From Elusimicrobiota bacterium (GTDB lineage: Bacteria > Elusimicrobiota > Elusimicrobia > 2-02-FULL-39-32): a DNA stretch of 64,000 nucleotides. The DNA lies in NCBI GenBank assembly GCA_016180425.1, contig JACPBF010000001.1:76744-140743 (forward strand), in the 5' to 3' direction. Both the position numbers and the translations under genes were made by a program. The notes under the pieces are model-generated. The model worked only from the letters and a program-made list of their open reading frames with translations, was not told the origin of the DNA and searched no databases. This document shows positions 20,386 to 29,930 of this stretch, piece after piece (position 1 is the stretch's first letter; each line of letters begins with the position of its first letter).

Positions 20386-21210
20386 TTGCCGCAATTTTTC
20401 GTTCCAAAAAAAAATATTCAATCCAATTCTTTCTTCTTTGAGCCTTCTGAATCCCATCACATTGCCCGAGTTTTAAGAAAAAAAACAGGTGATCTAATTC
20501 AAATATTTGATGGAAAAGGATGGGTTGGGTCTGCCCGAATTACAGAAACTTCTAATTCAAATAAAGTTATAGGGGAGCTCCTTCCATCTTTTAAAAATGA
20601 TTGCAGTGACCCTGCTTTTGAAAAAAATTATTCTTGTTTCTCCTTACATCTTTACCCGGCTCTGATTCAAAATTCTAATTTTGAATGGATGATTCAAAAG
20701 GTCACAGAAATTGGAGTAGACTCCATCCAACCTATTCTCACAGAACGAACACAAATTCATTTTTCTCCAGAAAAATCTAAGGCTAAGATAACAAGATGGG
20801 AAAAGATTATTTTATCCGCAGCAAAACAGAGCGGAAGAAAAACCTTACCCGATATCTCTACCCCACTCTCTCTAAAAGAGGCTCTTAAAAAAATTAAAAA
20901 AAATGAACCTCCGCACCCTCAAGAGGAGATACAGGTTCCAATAAAAGAAAACAGGCATGACTTAAAAATTATTCTTTGGGAAGGTGAGGAAAAAATTAGT
21001 CTTTCAAAAGTTCTTCATCAAACACAATCTTTTCAAAAGTCTAAAATTCATGTTTTTATAGGACCTGAAGGTGGTTTTACTATTGAAGAAATCCATGAAA
21101 CAAAAGAACATGGAGTCCTTGCCGTAACCATAGGAAACAATATTTTACGAGCTGAAACAGCTTCCCTTGCGGCAAGTTCGTTTATACTCCTTCATGCGGA
21201 ATTTCCTTGA
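20386..21210 (+). CDS. rsmE: 16S rRNA m3U1498 methyltransferase
   Basis: HHIARVLR, QKVTEIGV, IGPEGGF, ILRAETA. Confidence 0.93.
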   Translation: MPQFFVPKKNIQSNSFFFEPSESHHIARVLRKKTGDLIQIFDGKGWVGSARITETSNSNKVIGELLPSFKNDCSDPAFEKNYSCFSLHLYPALIQNSNFEWMIQKVTEIGVDSIQPILTERTQIHFSPEKSKAKITRWEKIILSAAKQSGRKTLPDISTPLSLKEALKKIKKNEPPHPQEEIQVPIKENRHDLKIILWEGEEKISLSKVLHQTQSFQKSKIHVFIGPEGGFTIEEIHETKEHGVLAVTIGNNILRAETASLAASSFILLHAEFP

Positions 21211-21758
21211 AAACTCATTTCAGCTTTCTTCAACTCACCTCCTAAATAAGCTGCTTGGGTGAGAGAAGTAACAAAACCTTCTCTTATGACCGTTTGATAA
21301 AGCTCCTCTGCATTTTTACCCTCAATCACAAAAAGCAACTGATGTTTTGGACCGTAATAGAGCGCTTTAATCAACTTTTTGTTTGAATCTATTTGAATGG
21401 TAAAAAAACCCTTTATGTCGCTTTGCGATTCCTTTTCAGTATTTGGGCGTGCCTTAATCACAGGAGCGCTCTCTTTTTCAATCTCTCTATTCTCTTCAAA
21501 AATCTCTAAGATTGTTTTTTGAGTTTGAAGGTCAATGATATTGATCACATAAACTGGACAGACTAGGGCAGATTCTTTAAATCTTTCTAATTCCTCACTA
21601 TTAATAACAAGTTCATAACAACCAGTTTCTGGATTTAAGATTGAGCCTTTAAGTACCGCTTTTTTTTCATGGTCCAAACTCCAAAATTCTGGTAACACCC
21701 CAACGCAAGAATTGGCTCCAATACACTCTTTTCGTTTATATATTACTTTATATTTCAT
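21192..21758 (-). CDS. Ferredoxin (probable [3Fe-4S]) fused to a DUF4346-like domain
   Basis: CIGANSC...VCPV ferredoxin motif; C-terminal KGFFTI...AEELY...AAYLGGELKKAE. Confidence 0.65.
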   Translation of the reverse strand: MKYKVIYKRKECIGANSCVGVLPEFWSLDHEKKAVLKGSILNPETGCYELVINSEELERFKESALVCPVYVINIIDLQTQKTILEIFEENREIEKESAPVIKARPNTEKESQSDIKGFFTIQIDSNKKLIKALYYGPKHQLLFVIEGKNAEELYQTVIREGFVTSLTQAAYLGGELKKAEMSFQGNSA

Positions 21759-21786
21759 TAGTGTTTTCCTTTGTTGGATACCGCAT
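21756..21786 (-). repeat. 31-bp leader repeat, copy A (inverted partner at 25074-25104)
   Basis: Minus strand ATGCGGTATCCAACAAAGGAAAACACTAATG, 28/31 identical to copy B; ends on the gene ATG. Confidence 0.85.
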
Positions 21787-21818
21787 AGCCCTTTTAAGGG
21801 TGCTGAGGTTCACTTAAA

Positions 21819-23234
21819 TTAACCAGAAAATGCGATCCCAGAGACAAATCGCATCGCTTCATAATATTGTTTAAAATCATCCCAGCTCCGAATTTTTTTA
21901 ATATGTTTAAGCACATAACTTGGGCGAAAATAAAATTTTTTGTACGCTTTACGAATAATGGATTCTACTTCTTTTGCATCCTTGTAACCTTCAGGAATAT
22001 ATTGAGCAGTGGTCCTCCCCTTATATTCATCAATAATTTTACCTGAACGAGCTAATTCGCTGTATAGTTCTGTTCCATACTCTGGAAAGTATGGATGAAA
22101 AAGCATATAAGTAATATCGTTTTTAATTGCAAATTTCACGCTTTCCATGGCAGTTTGAGGAGTTTCTCCAGGCAAGGATAAAATAAAAGAGCCCCGAACA
22201 TCCATCCCTGATTCTCTGACCCAACCAATGGATTGAGCCAATTGCTCAACTGTTACCCCTTTTTTAACTTGGTCCAGAACGGATTGAGTTGCAGATTCAA
22301 AACCAATATAAACATTCCAGCACCCGGATTTTGCAGAAGCATCTACCATCTTTTTAGTCATTGAACCTGCATAACCATAACATTGCCATGCGATTTCTAT
22401 TTTGTTCTGGTGAAGAAGTTCACAAAATTCTAAAACCCATGGTTCGTCAACCAAAAAGATATCATCCCAAAAAGCTACTTCTTTAACCCCCTGTTCTTCT
22501 ACAGCCATTTGAATATCTGCAATAACTCTTTTAACTGAATGGCGACGATATTTTTGGGCTGCGCTGCCGGATTCAAAACAAAAAGTGCAACGGCCATAAG
22601 AACAACCGCGTGAAGAAAGATAAGCAATGATAGGTTTCTTTTTATATTGAAGAGGAAGGGGAATATATCGTTTTAGATCAAATACTCCAAAATCTGGTTG
22701 CGGTAAAAGATCTAAATTCATTAAAATGGGTCGCGATGGAGTCCTAATAATTTTATCTCCATTTCTATAACAGATACCTCTTACTGTTGAGATATCCGCC
22801 TTATTTCTTATTTTAAGAATTAACTCTTGCAGAGTCTGCTCTGCTTCTCCTATCACTACATAGTCTAATCCAGGATTTTCTAACATCACGCTCTCCGCAA
22901 AAGTGGTGGCTAGAGTGCCGCCTAAAAAAATTGGAGCTGCAGATTTTTCACGAATCATCTGAATAAGATGTTTTACAACTTCACGAGTGGCCAGTTGTGC
23001 GGTGATGCCAATCATGTCTGGTTGAGATTGCATACAATGGTTTACTACATCTTGCTGAGTATAATCTAAAATTGTTGAATCAATATATTCAAATTTACAA
23101 TCCAATTTCTTTATGATGCCAGCAAGAACTGCGATCCCAAAAGGAGCCCAATATCCATATTTAGTTCCTTTACGAGCTGAGCCATATGCTTTTTGAATAA
23201 TATCAAATGGAGGATTAATAAAAACGATCTTCAC
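21819..23234 (-). CDS. Cobalamin-binding radical SAM protein
   Basis: N-terminal B12-binding-like domain (INPP, GEAE), SRGCSYGRCTFC, GFES, PGET. Confidence 0.88.
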   Translation of the reverse strand: MKIVFINPPFDIIQKAYGSARKGTKYGYWAPFGIAVLAGIIKKLDCKFEYIDSTILDYTQQDVVNHCMQSQPDMIGITAQLATREVVKHLIQMIREKSAAPIFLGGTLATTFAESVMLENPGLDYVVIGEAEQTLQELILKIRNKADISTVRGICYRNGDKIIRTPSRPILMNLDLLPQPDFGVFDLKRYIPLPLQYKKKPIIAYLSSRGCSYGRCTFCFESGSAAQKYRRHSVKRVIADIQMAVEEQGVKEVAFWDDIFLVDEPWVLEFCELLHQNKIEIAWQCYGYAGSMTKKMVDASAKSGCWNVYIGFESATQSVLDQVKKGVTVEQLAQSIGWVRESGMDVRGSFILSLPGETPQTAMESVKFAIKNDITYMLFHPYFPEYGTELYSELARSGKIIDEYKGRTTAQYIPEGYKDAKEVESIIRKAYKKFYFRPSYVLKHIKKIRSWDDFKQYYEAMRFVSGIAFSG

Positions 23235-23331
23235 AACTACGATTATACTAAAAAATTAATAAACCCATAAATCAGAATCGTTGTCGCACAAAAACTTGAA
23301 TAAAATACCTTTTTATTATAATCTAAATTTT

Positions 23332-25026
23332 ATGTCCTTATTACTGATCACTCTTATTTCCATCTCAATTTTATTTGCCGGATATTTTTTTTATGGAAAA
23401 TTTATTGCAAATGTTTTTGGCCTAACAAAAAAAAATATTACCCCTGCTTGTAAAATCAATGATGGCGTAGATTTTGTTCCTGCATCGCCTGTTATTTTAA
23501 TTGGCCAGCATTTTGCGGCAATCGCAGCTGTAGGACCTATTGCTGGACCTATTCTTGCCGCAAGCCTTTACGGCTGGCTGCCCAGCCTGCTTTGGATAGC
23601 GATTGGAGCTGTTTTTATTGGAGGGGTGCATGATTTCTCTGCTTTAGTCGCTTCCATCAGGCACGATGCCAAGTCTGTAGGAGAAGTTGTAAAGCTCTAT
23701 ATTGGACAAAAAGCCTATTTTCTTTTTCTTTGCTTTATCTGGATATCCCTTTTATATGTGATTGTAGTTTTTACGGATTTAACCGCAGGAGCTTTTGTCA
23801 GCCGTCCAGAATTAGGCGAAGAAAATTTTGGGCCAGGGGTTGCAACTTCTTCTTTCCTTTATTTAGGGTTAGCTTTACTCATGGGATTCTGCCTTTATCG
23901 CTGGAACTGGAGTCTTAAAAAAGCAAGTTTTATTTTTATTCCTTTAGTTTTTTTAATTATTTTTCTTGGCCAACAAATTCCAATAGAACTTCCTCCTGTT
24001 TTAGGCTCTTCTCAAAAAAGCTGGGATTTTCTGATTCTAATCTATTGTTTTATCGCTTCTGTTATACCCCTGTGGACTTTACTCCAGCCCAGAGGCTATT
24101 TAGGAGCAACCATTCTCTATGCTACTTTTATTGTAGGTGTTTTTGGAACTCTTTTTGGAGGATTCGAGATTCAATATCCAGCTTTAATCCATCCAGTAAC
24201 CGCAGATACTCCGCGCCTGCCAATATTCCCTTTACTTTTTACAACCATTGCTTGCGGCGCTTGTTCAGGATTCCATGGCTTAGTTTCAAGCGGCACAACC
24301 TCTAAACAACTGCGCCAAGAACCAGATGCTACAGCCGTAGGTTATGGGGGAATGCTCTTAGAATCGTTTGTTGCAATTGTGGCTCTTTCCACAGTGATGA
24401 TACTGCCTTTAAAAGATCAAACTCTTTCTTTAGGACCAGATGAAATTTATGCCAGAGGGCTGGCTCATTTTATGGCGCTTTTTGGCATGAGTTTTGGCGC
24501 TGCAGTCACCTTTGGAAAACTCGCTTTTGCTACCTTCATTTATGATACGCTAGATGTAGCTACCCGCTTAGGCCGCTATATATTCCAAGAACTTACAGGT
24601 TTAAAGGGAAAGATGGGAGCCTATCTTGCGACTTTCTTCACACTGCTTTTTCCAGGAATTCTAATTATGATTGATGTACAAGGAGTCAATGGCAGAATCA
24701 TTCCTATTTGGAAAATCTTCTGGCCAATATTTGGCTCAACTAACCAACTTCTGGCTGCTCTTACATTACTTGGCATCACAGTTTGGCTTAAAGCGACTGG
24801 AAAAAAATGGTGGGTTACAGCGCTGCCAATGCTCTTCATGCTAGTGACTACTTTAGGTTCTCTTATTTTGATTATAAAACCCTGGCTTTTAGGAATCTTA
24901 AAAGGTGGGCCGCTTTTTCACCCTGTAGGCACCACCGCGTTCTTACTTTTTATCTTAGCGCTCATCTTACTTGTTCAAGCTCTGCCAAAATTAATGCAAA
25001 AAACCATTTCAACCAAAGTTCATTAG
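23332..25026 (+). CDS. cstA: Carbon starvation protein A family transporter
   Basis: DGVDFVP, GQHFAAIA, GPIAGP, IACGACSGFH, IFGSTNQLLA; ATG 23332 preferred. Confidence 0.92.
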   Translation: MSLLLITLISISILFAGYFFYGKFIANVFGLTKKNITPACKINDGVDFVPASPVILIGQHFAAIAAVGPIAGPILAASLYGWLPSLLWIAIGAVFIGGVHDFSALVASIRHDAKSVGEVVKLYIGQKAYFLFLCFIWISLLYVIVVFTDLTAGAFVSRPELGEENFGPGVATSSFLYLGLALLMGFCLYRWNWSLKKASFIFIPLVFLIIFLGQQIPIELPPVLGSSQKSWDFLILIYCFIASVIPLWTLLQPRGYLGATILYATFIVGVFGTLFGGFEIQYPALIHPVTADTPRLPIFPLLFTTIACGACSGFHGLVSSGTTSKQLRQEPDATAVGYGGMLLESFVAIVALSTVMILPLKDQTLSLGPDEIYARGLAHFMALFGMSFGAAVTFGKLAFATFIYDTLDVATRLGRYIFQELTGLKGKMGAYLATFFTLLFPGILIMIDVQGVNGRIIPIWKIFWPIFGSTNQLLAALTLLGITVWLKATGKKWWVTALPMLFMLVTTLGSLILIIKPWLLGILKGGPLFHPVGTTAFLLFILALILLVQALPKLMQKTISTKVH

Positions 25027-25073
25027 AAAATAAAATTTAATGAAAAAATGATTTTCCGCGCCCACGAAGAGCG

Positions 25074-25104
25074 ATGCGGTATCTGACAAGGGAAAACACT
25101 AATG
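25074..25104 (+). repeat. 31-bp leader repeat, copy B
   Basis: ATGCGGTATCTGACAAGGGAAAACACTAATG, ending on the ATG at 25102. Confidence 0.85.
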
Positions 25105-25284
25105 ATTCAATTTTTAAAAAATTTAAAAAGCCGTTCAAAAATCATAAAAGATTTTTTAAATTTCTTATGGGAAAGAAAACTCTGGTGGCTTATTCCAATG
25201 ATCATAACGCTTCTCCTTATTGGTTTTATTCTAATTTTTAGCCAAGGATCTGCGGTAGCTCCTTTCATCTACACTCTATTTTAA
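25102..25284 (+). CDS. DUF5989 / SxtK-like small membrane protein
   Basis: RKLWWLIP...SAVAPFIYTLF signature; upstream of carbamoyltransferase. Confidence 0.85.
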   Translation: MIQFLKNLKSRSKIIKDFLNFLWERKLWWLIPMIITLLLIGFILIFSQGSAVAPFIYTLF

Positions 25285-25304
25285 TCCAACCAAAACAATC
25301 ATTA

Positions 25305-25330
25305 AACCCGAATATTACATTAGAAAATGA
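25305..25330 (+). repeat. 26-bp dispersed repeat, copy 1 (identical copy at 59893-59918)
   Basis: AACCCGAATATTACATTAGAAAATGA. Confidence 0.9.
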
Positions 25331-25358
25331 GAACCGAGACAGAAAAGATAAGAAGACG

Positions 25359-25610
25359 ATGAAAAATTTAATTCTAAAGTTCGGGTTAAAATTTATATGG
25401 GGGCAATGGAAAAAATTTGCTTTCAAATTCGGAGAATTCATGTCCGGAGTGTCCCTGACAATCTTTTATTTTATTATTGTTACACCTCATGCAATAGTCC
25501 TTAAACTATTTTTAGATCCATTAAAAATAAAAAAATCAGCTAAAGAGACTCATTGGCATGTACGCAAATCTAATATTGGATCCATTGAAAATATTTCCAA
25601 ACAATACTAA
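25359..25610 (+). CDS. SxtJ-like small membrane protein
   Basis: WKKFA...LTIFYFIIVTP...DPLKIK...W...KQY; context with DUF5989 and carbamoyltransferase. Confidence 0.75.
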   Translation: MKNLILKFGLKFIWGQWKKFAFKFGEFMSGVSLTIFYFIIVTPHAIVLKLFLDPLKIKKSAKETHWHVRKSNIGSIENISKQY

Positions 25611-25690
25611 ATTAATCCAAATTATTTGAATTATAGAATTCGAAAAAAAATTATAATCAGACATTAAACCCCAAAAGTTCTAACCTACAA

Positions 25691-27481
25691 ATGAACATTT
25701 TAGGAATTAGCTGTTTTTACCATGATGCAGCCTGTGCCTTAATTAAGGATGGAATGCTCATTGCCGCGGCTGAAGAAGAACGCTTTTCCAGAATAAAACA
25801 CGATAGCGATTTTCCGGAAAATGCGATCGCTTTCTGTTTAAAAAAGGGAACGATTATGCATCAAGATATTGACGCGTGTATTTTTTATGAAAAACCTTTT
25901 TTAAAATTTGAAAGATTATTCTTGTCCATCCTTTATGGTTATCCCCGCTCTCTAAAACTGTTTCAAGAGGCGATGAAAACTTGGCTCTCCAAAAAATTAT
26001 GGATTAAAAGTATTCTCCAAGAAAAATTAGGAATTCTAGAATCAAAAATTTTCTTTTCTGAACACCATCTTTCCCATGCAGCCAGCGCATTTTTTTGCTC
26101 TCCCTATGAAGAAGCAGCCATTCTCACAGTGGATGGAGTAGGCGAATGGACCAGCGCAAGTTTTGGCATTGGAAAATCTTATTGGAACGGCTCTAATGGA
26201 AACAATAGTTTAGAACTAGAAAACGAAATTCGATTTCCTCATTCTTTAGGAATGCTTTATTCTACCTTTACAGCTTTTTTAGGCTTTGAAGTGAACGAGG
26301 GGGAATATAAGGTGATGGGCATGGCTCCTTATGGGGAACCCAAATACATGGATAAAATTTATAAACTTATCCATGTAAATGAAGATGGAAGTTTTGTACT
26401 AGATATGACATATTTCTCCTATTATTATCACAACGAGAAAACTTTTACAGAAAAATTTACTCAACTTTTTGGAGAACCCAGAAACCCAAAAACAAGATTT
26501 GTGACTGATAAAACCAGCCTCTTTGACGATCCTAATCCTCCCACAAAAGAAGAATTAAAAATCAATCAATATTACGCGGATATAGCTGCAAGCATTCAAA
26601 AGATGACTGAAGAAATTATCTTAAAAATGGCAAAACATTTGTACAAAAAAACAGGTCTAAAAAAACTTTGCATGGCTGGAGGGGTGGCATTAAATAGTGT
26701 GGCCAATTATAGAATTCTCAAGGAAACCCCATTTGAAGAAATTTATATTCAACCTGCGGCCGGGGATTCTGGCGGGGCCATAGGAGCAGCTCTTTATTTT
26801 TATCATGTGATCTTAGGAAAACCCCGGGCTTTTGTTATGAAACATGCCTTCTGGGGGGAAGAACATAGGGAAAATTCAATTCATGAATTCTTAAATAAAG
26901 AAGGAATTAAATATGAAACAATTGAAAATGATGAAAAATTATTTGAAAGAATAATTGATCGTCTCCTGAAAGGAAATGTGATCGGGTGGTATCAAGGTGC
27001 ATTTGAATGGGGACCTAGGAGCTTAGGAAACCGTTCAATCTTAGCGGACCCCAGAAACCCAAAGATGAAAGAGTTGGTGAATATTAAAATTAAATTTAGG
27101 GAACCTTTTAGACCCTTTGCTCCAAGTGTGATTCAAGAAGAATGCGAAAAATATTTTGATATTCCAGATGCCCAAAAACACTACCCCGCGCGGTTCATGC
27201 TTTACGTAACAGCCGTGAAGAAAGAGCAGCAATCACACTTACCCGCCATTACCCACGCGGATGGCACCGGACGGCTTCAAACCGTATTTAAAGAAACCAA
27301 CCTGCGTTACCACCGCCTGATTCAAAAATTTGGAGAAGCTACAGGAATTCCTGTTCTTCTCAACACCTCTTTTAATCTCAAAGGCGAACCCATTGTCAAT
27401 ACTCCCCAAAATGCCTACAATACATTTATGAACAGCGGCATGGATGCATTGATCCTTCAAAATACTCTCATAACTAAATAG
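25691..27481 (+). CDS. O-carbamoyltransferase (NodU/CmcH/SxtI family)
   Basis: HDAACA, EEERFSRIKH, EHHLSHAAS, DGVGE, EYKVMG, AGGVALN, EWGPRSLGNRSILA, LNTSFN. Confidence 0.95.
   Translation: MNILGISCFYHDAACALIKDGMLIAAAEEERFSRIKHDSDFPENAIAFCLKKGTIMHQDIDACIFYEKPFLKFERLFLSILYGYPRSLKLFQEAMKTWLSKKLWIKSILQEKLGILESKIFFSEHHLSHAASAFFCSPYEEAAILTVDGVGEWTSASFGIGKSYWNGSNGNNSLELENEIRFPHSLGMLYSTFTAFLGFEVNEGEYKVMGMAPYGEPKYMDKIYKLIHVNEDGSFVLDMTYFSYYYHNEKTFTEKFTQLFGEPRNPKTRFVTDKTSLFDDPNPPTKEELKINQYYADIAASIQKMTEEIILKMAKHLYKKTGLKKLCMAGGVALNSVANYRILKETPFEEIYIQPAAGDSGGAIGAALYFYHVILGKPRAFVMKHAFWGEEHRENSIHEFLNKEGIKYETIENDEKLFERIIDRLLKGNVIGWYQGAFEWGPRSLGNRSILADPRNPKMKELVNIKIKFREPFRPFAPSVIQEECEKYFDIPDAQKHYPARFMLYVTAVKKEQQSHLPAITHADGTGRLQTVFKETNLRYHRLIQKFGEATGIPVLLNTSFNLKGEPIVNTPQNAYNTFMNSGMDALILQNTLITK
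27135..27447 (+). repeat. 313-bp direct repeat, copy 1 (carbamoyltransferase 3' region)
   Basis: About 11 mismatches (by-eye count) versus 30863-31175. Confidence 0.95.
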
Positions 27482-27510
27482 GTGATTCTCTATAACCCTT
27501 ATTATTTAAC

Positions 27511-27539
27511 TTGACATATTAAAATTGCAGGGTTATAAT
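27511..27539 (+). promoter_or_regulatory. Perfect consensus sigma70 promoter
   Basis: TTGACA-N17-TATAAT, ending 8 nt before ATG 27548. Confidence 0.8.
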
Positions 27540-27547
27540 AAACCTTA

Positions 27548-28771
27548 ATGAAACCAAGAACACTCGCCAAAACGCTCCAAAGTGCTGTAAAAACATTCCC
27601 TGCGGTCGTAGTGACTGGACCTAGACAATCAGGAAAGACAACTCTTCTTAAGGCTCTTTTCTCAAAAACACACAAATTCATATCGCTTGAAGACCCCTCC
27701 ACTAGAATAAGAGCTAAAGAAGATCCTGTTGGTTTTTTAGAAGAAAACTCATCCCCAATCATAATTGATGAAATCCAATATGTTCCAGAGTTGCTATCTT
27801 ATATCAAAACCCTAATTGACCAAGATCGAAAACCCGGGCAGTGGTTATTTACTGGTTCTCAAAACTTTTCACTCATGCATGGTGTAAGCCAATCCCTTGC
27901 AGGAAGAGTTGCTGTTCTAACACTCCTTCCATTTTCGTTCTCTGAAAGAATTGGAAGGGGAGAGGAAACTCAACAGCCAGATCTTCTTTTAAAAAATTTA
28001 AGGTGTCATCAAGTTTTCAAAAATAAATTATCAATATCCTATGTTATTCTAAGAGGCAGCTATCCTGAAATAACAACGAAAAAGAATATTGACCGACAAT
28101 TATGGTGTGGTTCGTATATTTCAACTTATCTTGAAAGAGATGTTAGAAATCTAGCTAATATTGGAGACTTAAATCAATTTCAAAGATTTCTAAAGATTTG
28201 TGCTACCAGAACAGGGCAAATTCTTAATCTCTCAGCGATTGCAAGCGAAATTGGAATTAGTGTTGTAACAGCAAAAAGGTGGATTTCCATTTTGGAGGCA
28301 GGGCACCAAGTATTCTTGCTCTATCCTTATTATAAAAATATTGGAAAGCGCCTTATAAAAAGTCCTAAGCTGTATTTTAACGATACGGCAATCGCTTCAT
28401 ATCTTCTAGGACTTCACACTAATGAAACACTCATTCAAAGTCCAAGCTTTGGTAATTTGTTTGAAACTTTCATCATAACAGATTTCCTTAAACGTTTTCT
28501 TCATTCTGGACAGTCACCCTCTCTCTATTACTTGAGAACGAAAGATGGCATGGAAATTGATCTCGTGATAGAATGTGCCCAAAAACTTTATCTTTTTGAA
28601 ATTAAAAGCGGGATGACAATCTACCCTCAGCATGCCTTATCATTAGTAAGGATCAAGAATGAGCTTGGCAATTTTGTAAAGGGAACTTCTATTATCTCTA
28701 GATCTTTTCAGGATTTTAATATTAAAAAAGGTGTGATGAATTACTCTTGGTCAAACATTTTAAGCATTTAA
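27548..28771 (+). CDS. AAA_14 ATPase with DUF4143 domain
   Basis: GPRQSGKTT, IIDEIQ, TGSQ, SLAGR, YLERDV, KSPKLYF, EIDLV...EIKS. Confidence 0.88.
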   Translation: MKPRTLAKTLQSAVKTFPAVVVTGPRQSGKTTLLKALFSKTHKFISLEDPSTRIRAKEDPVGFLEENSSPIIIDEIQYVPELLSYIKTLIDQDRKPGQWLFTGSQNFSLMHGVSQSLAGRVAVLTLLPFSFSERIGRGEETQQPDLLLKNLRCHQVFKNKLSISYVILRGSYPEITTKKNIDRQLWCGSYISTYLERDVRNLANIGDLNQFQRFLKICATRTGQILNLSAIASEIGISVVTAKRWISILEAGHQVFLLYPYYKNIGKRLIKSPKLYFNDTAIASYLLGLHTNETLIQSPSFGNLFETFIITDFLKRFLHSGQSPSLYYLRTKDGMEIDLVIECAQKLYLFEIKSGMTIYPQHALSLVRIKNELGNFVKGTSIISRSFQDFNIKKGVMNYSWSNILSI

Positions 28772-28797
28772 CCCGAATTTGTCATATACATTTAAAC

Positions 28798-28869
28798 TGG
28801 GCCCGGACAGGATCGAACTGTCGACCCCCTCGGTGTCAACGAGGTACTCTTCCACTGAGCTACGAGCCC
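28798..28869 (-). tRNA. tRNA-Val (GAC), copy 1, intact
   Basis: Cloverleaf GGGCTCG...CCTCG TTGACAC CGAGG...GACAG TTCGATC CTGTC CGGGCCC-A; upstream TTGCTT-N18-TATAAT promoter. Confidence 0.95.
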
Positions 28870-29054
28870 TGAAAGAAGCAAATTATAACAAGTCCTATAC
28901 GCAGTAAGCAAACTTTTGTTCGATCTTTTTCTAAAATCCAATTTATGCTAAAATTTTAAAGTTGCGCTATTATAATAACGTGAGAAAATATCTTCACTGT
29001 GAAAAATGTGTAAGGCATTTTCATTCCTATCCACTTCAAACATAATCTTTAAAC

Positions 29055-29930
29055 TTGAATCAATTGTCCCTACCCCATAAGACGCAACATTTGTCTAACT
29101 TCTGGAAAAATAGTTTAGTTTTTTTTCTGGGTTTGGGTATTTCCTTTATTATATTAGAACTTTTTCTCAGAATTTATAATCCTTTTGACTTTAGAATTAG
29201 AATAAAACAAGGAAAAATAACGCTGCCAATCAATGAAAAAATAGAAATAAAAAACAACAAAAACAAAAAATTAGATAAATTGATAAAACATAGCAGGAAT
29301 TCTTTAGGTTTTAGGGGAGATGATCCACCTCAAAATTTCAAAGACTACCTCACAATAATGACTATTGGAGGAAGCACTACTGAATGTTTTTACTTATCAG
29401 ATGAAAAAACATGGGTCTATCTCTTAGGTAAAAAAATGGAAAAGAAATTTAATAAATGTTGGATCAATAACGCTGGGTTAGACGGGCACTCCACATCTGG
29501 GCATATAGTTCTTATGGAGGACTCTATTATTAAAATCAAACCAAAAATGATTTTGCTTCTGATCGGAATAAACGATGTAAACTTGTCATTTTTTGATAAA
29601 AATAAAGAGGTTTCTGAAAGCTTTGTTTACCATTCAGTTAAAAAAATAATAAAACCCATGATAAATTACAGTGAAACCTTAACTCTCTGCTTTAATATAT
29701 TTAGATACAACCAGGCTACAAGAGATTATAAAATCTTATTCAAAACATTAACAAATGAAAACAGAATTCTAAATCAACTACAGATTGATGAATACTTAAA
29801 TAAGGATAGATTCTTACAGGCATACAAGATTAGATTAAAAAAAATTATTGATCTTGCAAAAAAAAATGAGATTCTTCCTATTCTCATTACCCAACCTATC
29901 TACTGCAGCTGGAAATCAAAAACTCCGTAA
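29055..29930 (+). pseudogene. SGNH/GDSL hydrolase-like protein, 3'-truncated paralog of 32127-33266
   Basis: NSLGFRG, GGSTTE, NAGLDG, GIND; homology stops at ITQPI (~29900), and the DxxH catalytic motif is lost. Confidence 0.75.

Noticed and set aside
25102..27481. Saxitoxin biosynthesis cluster
   Set aside because: No sxtA/sxtG or other core genes; the context is glycan biosynthesis
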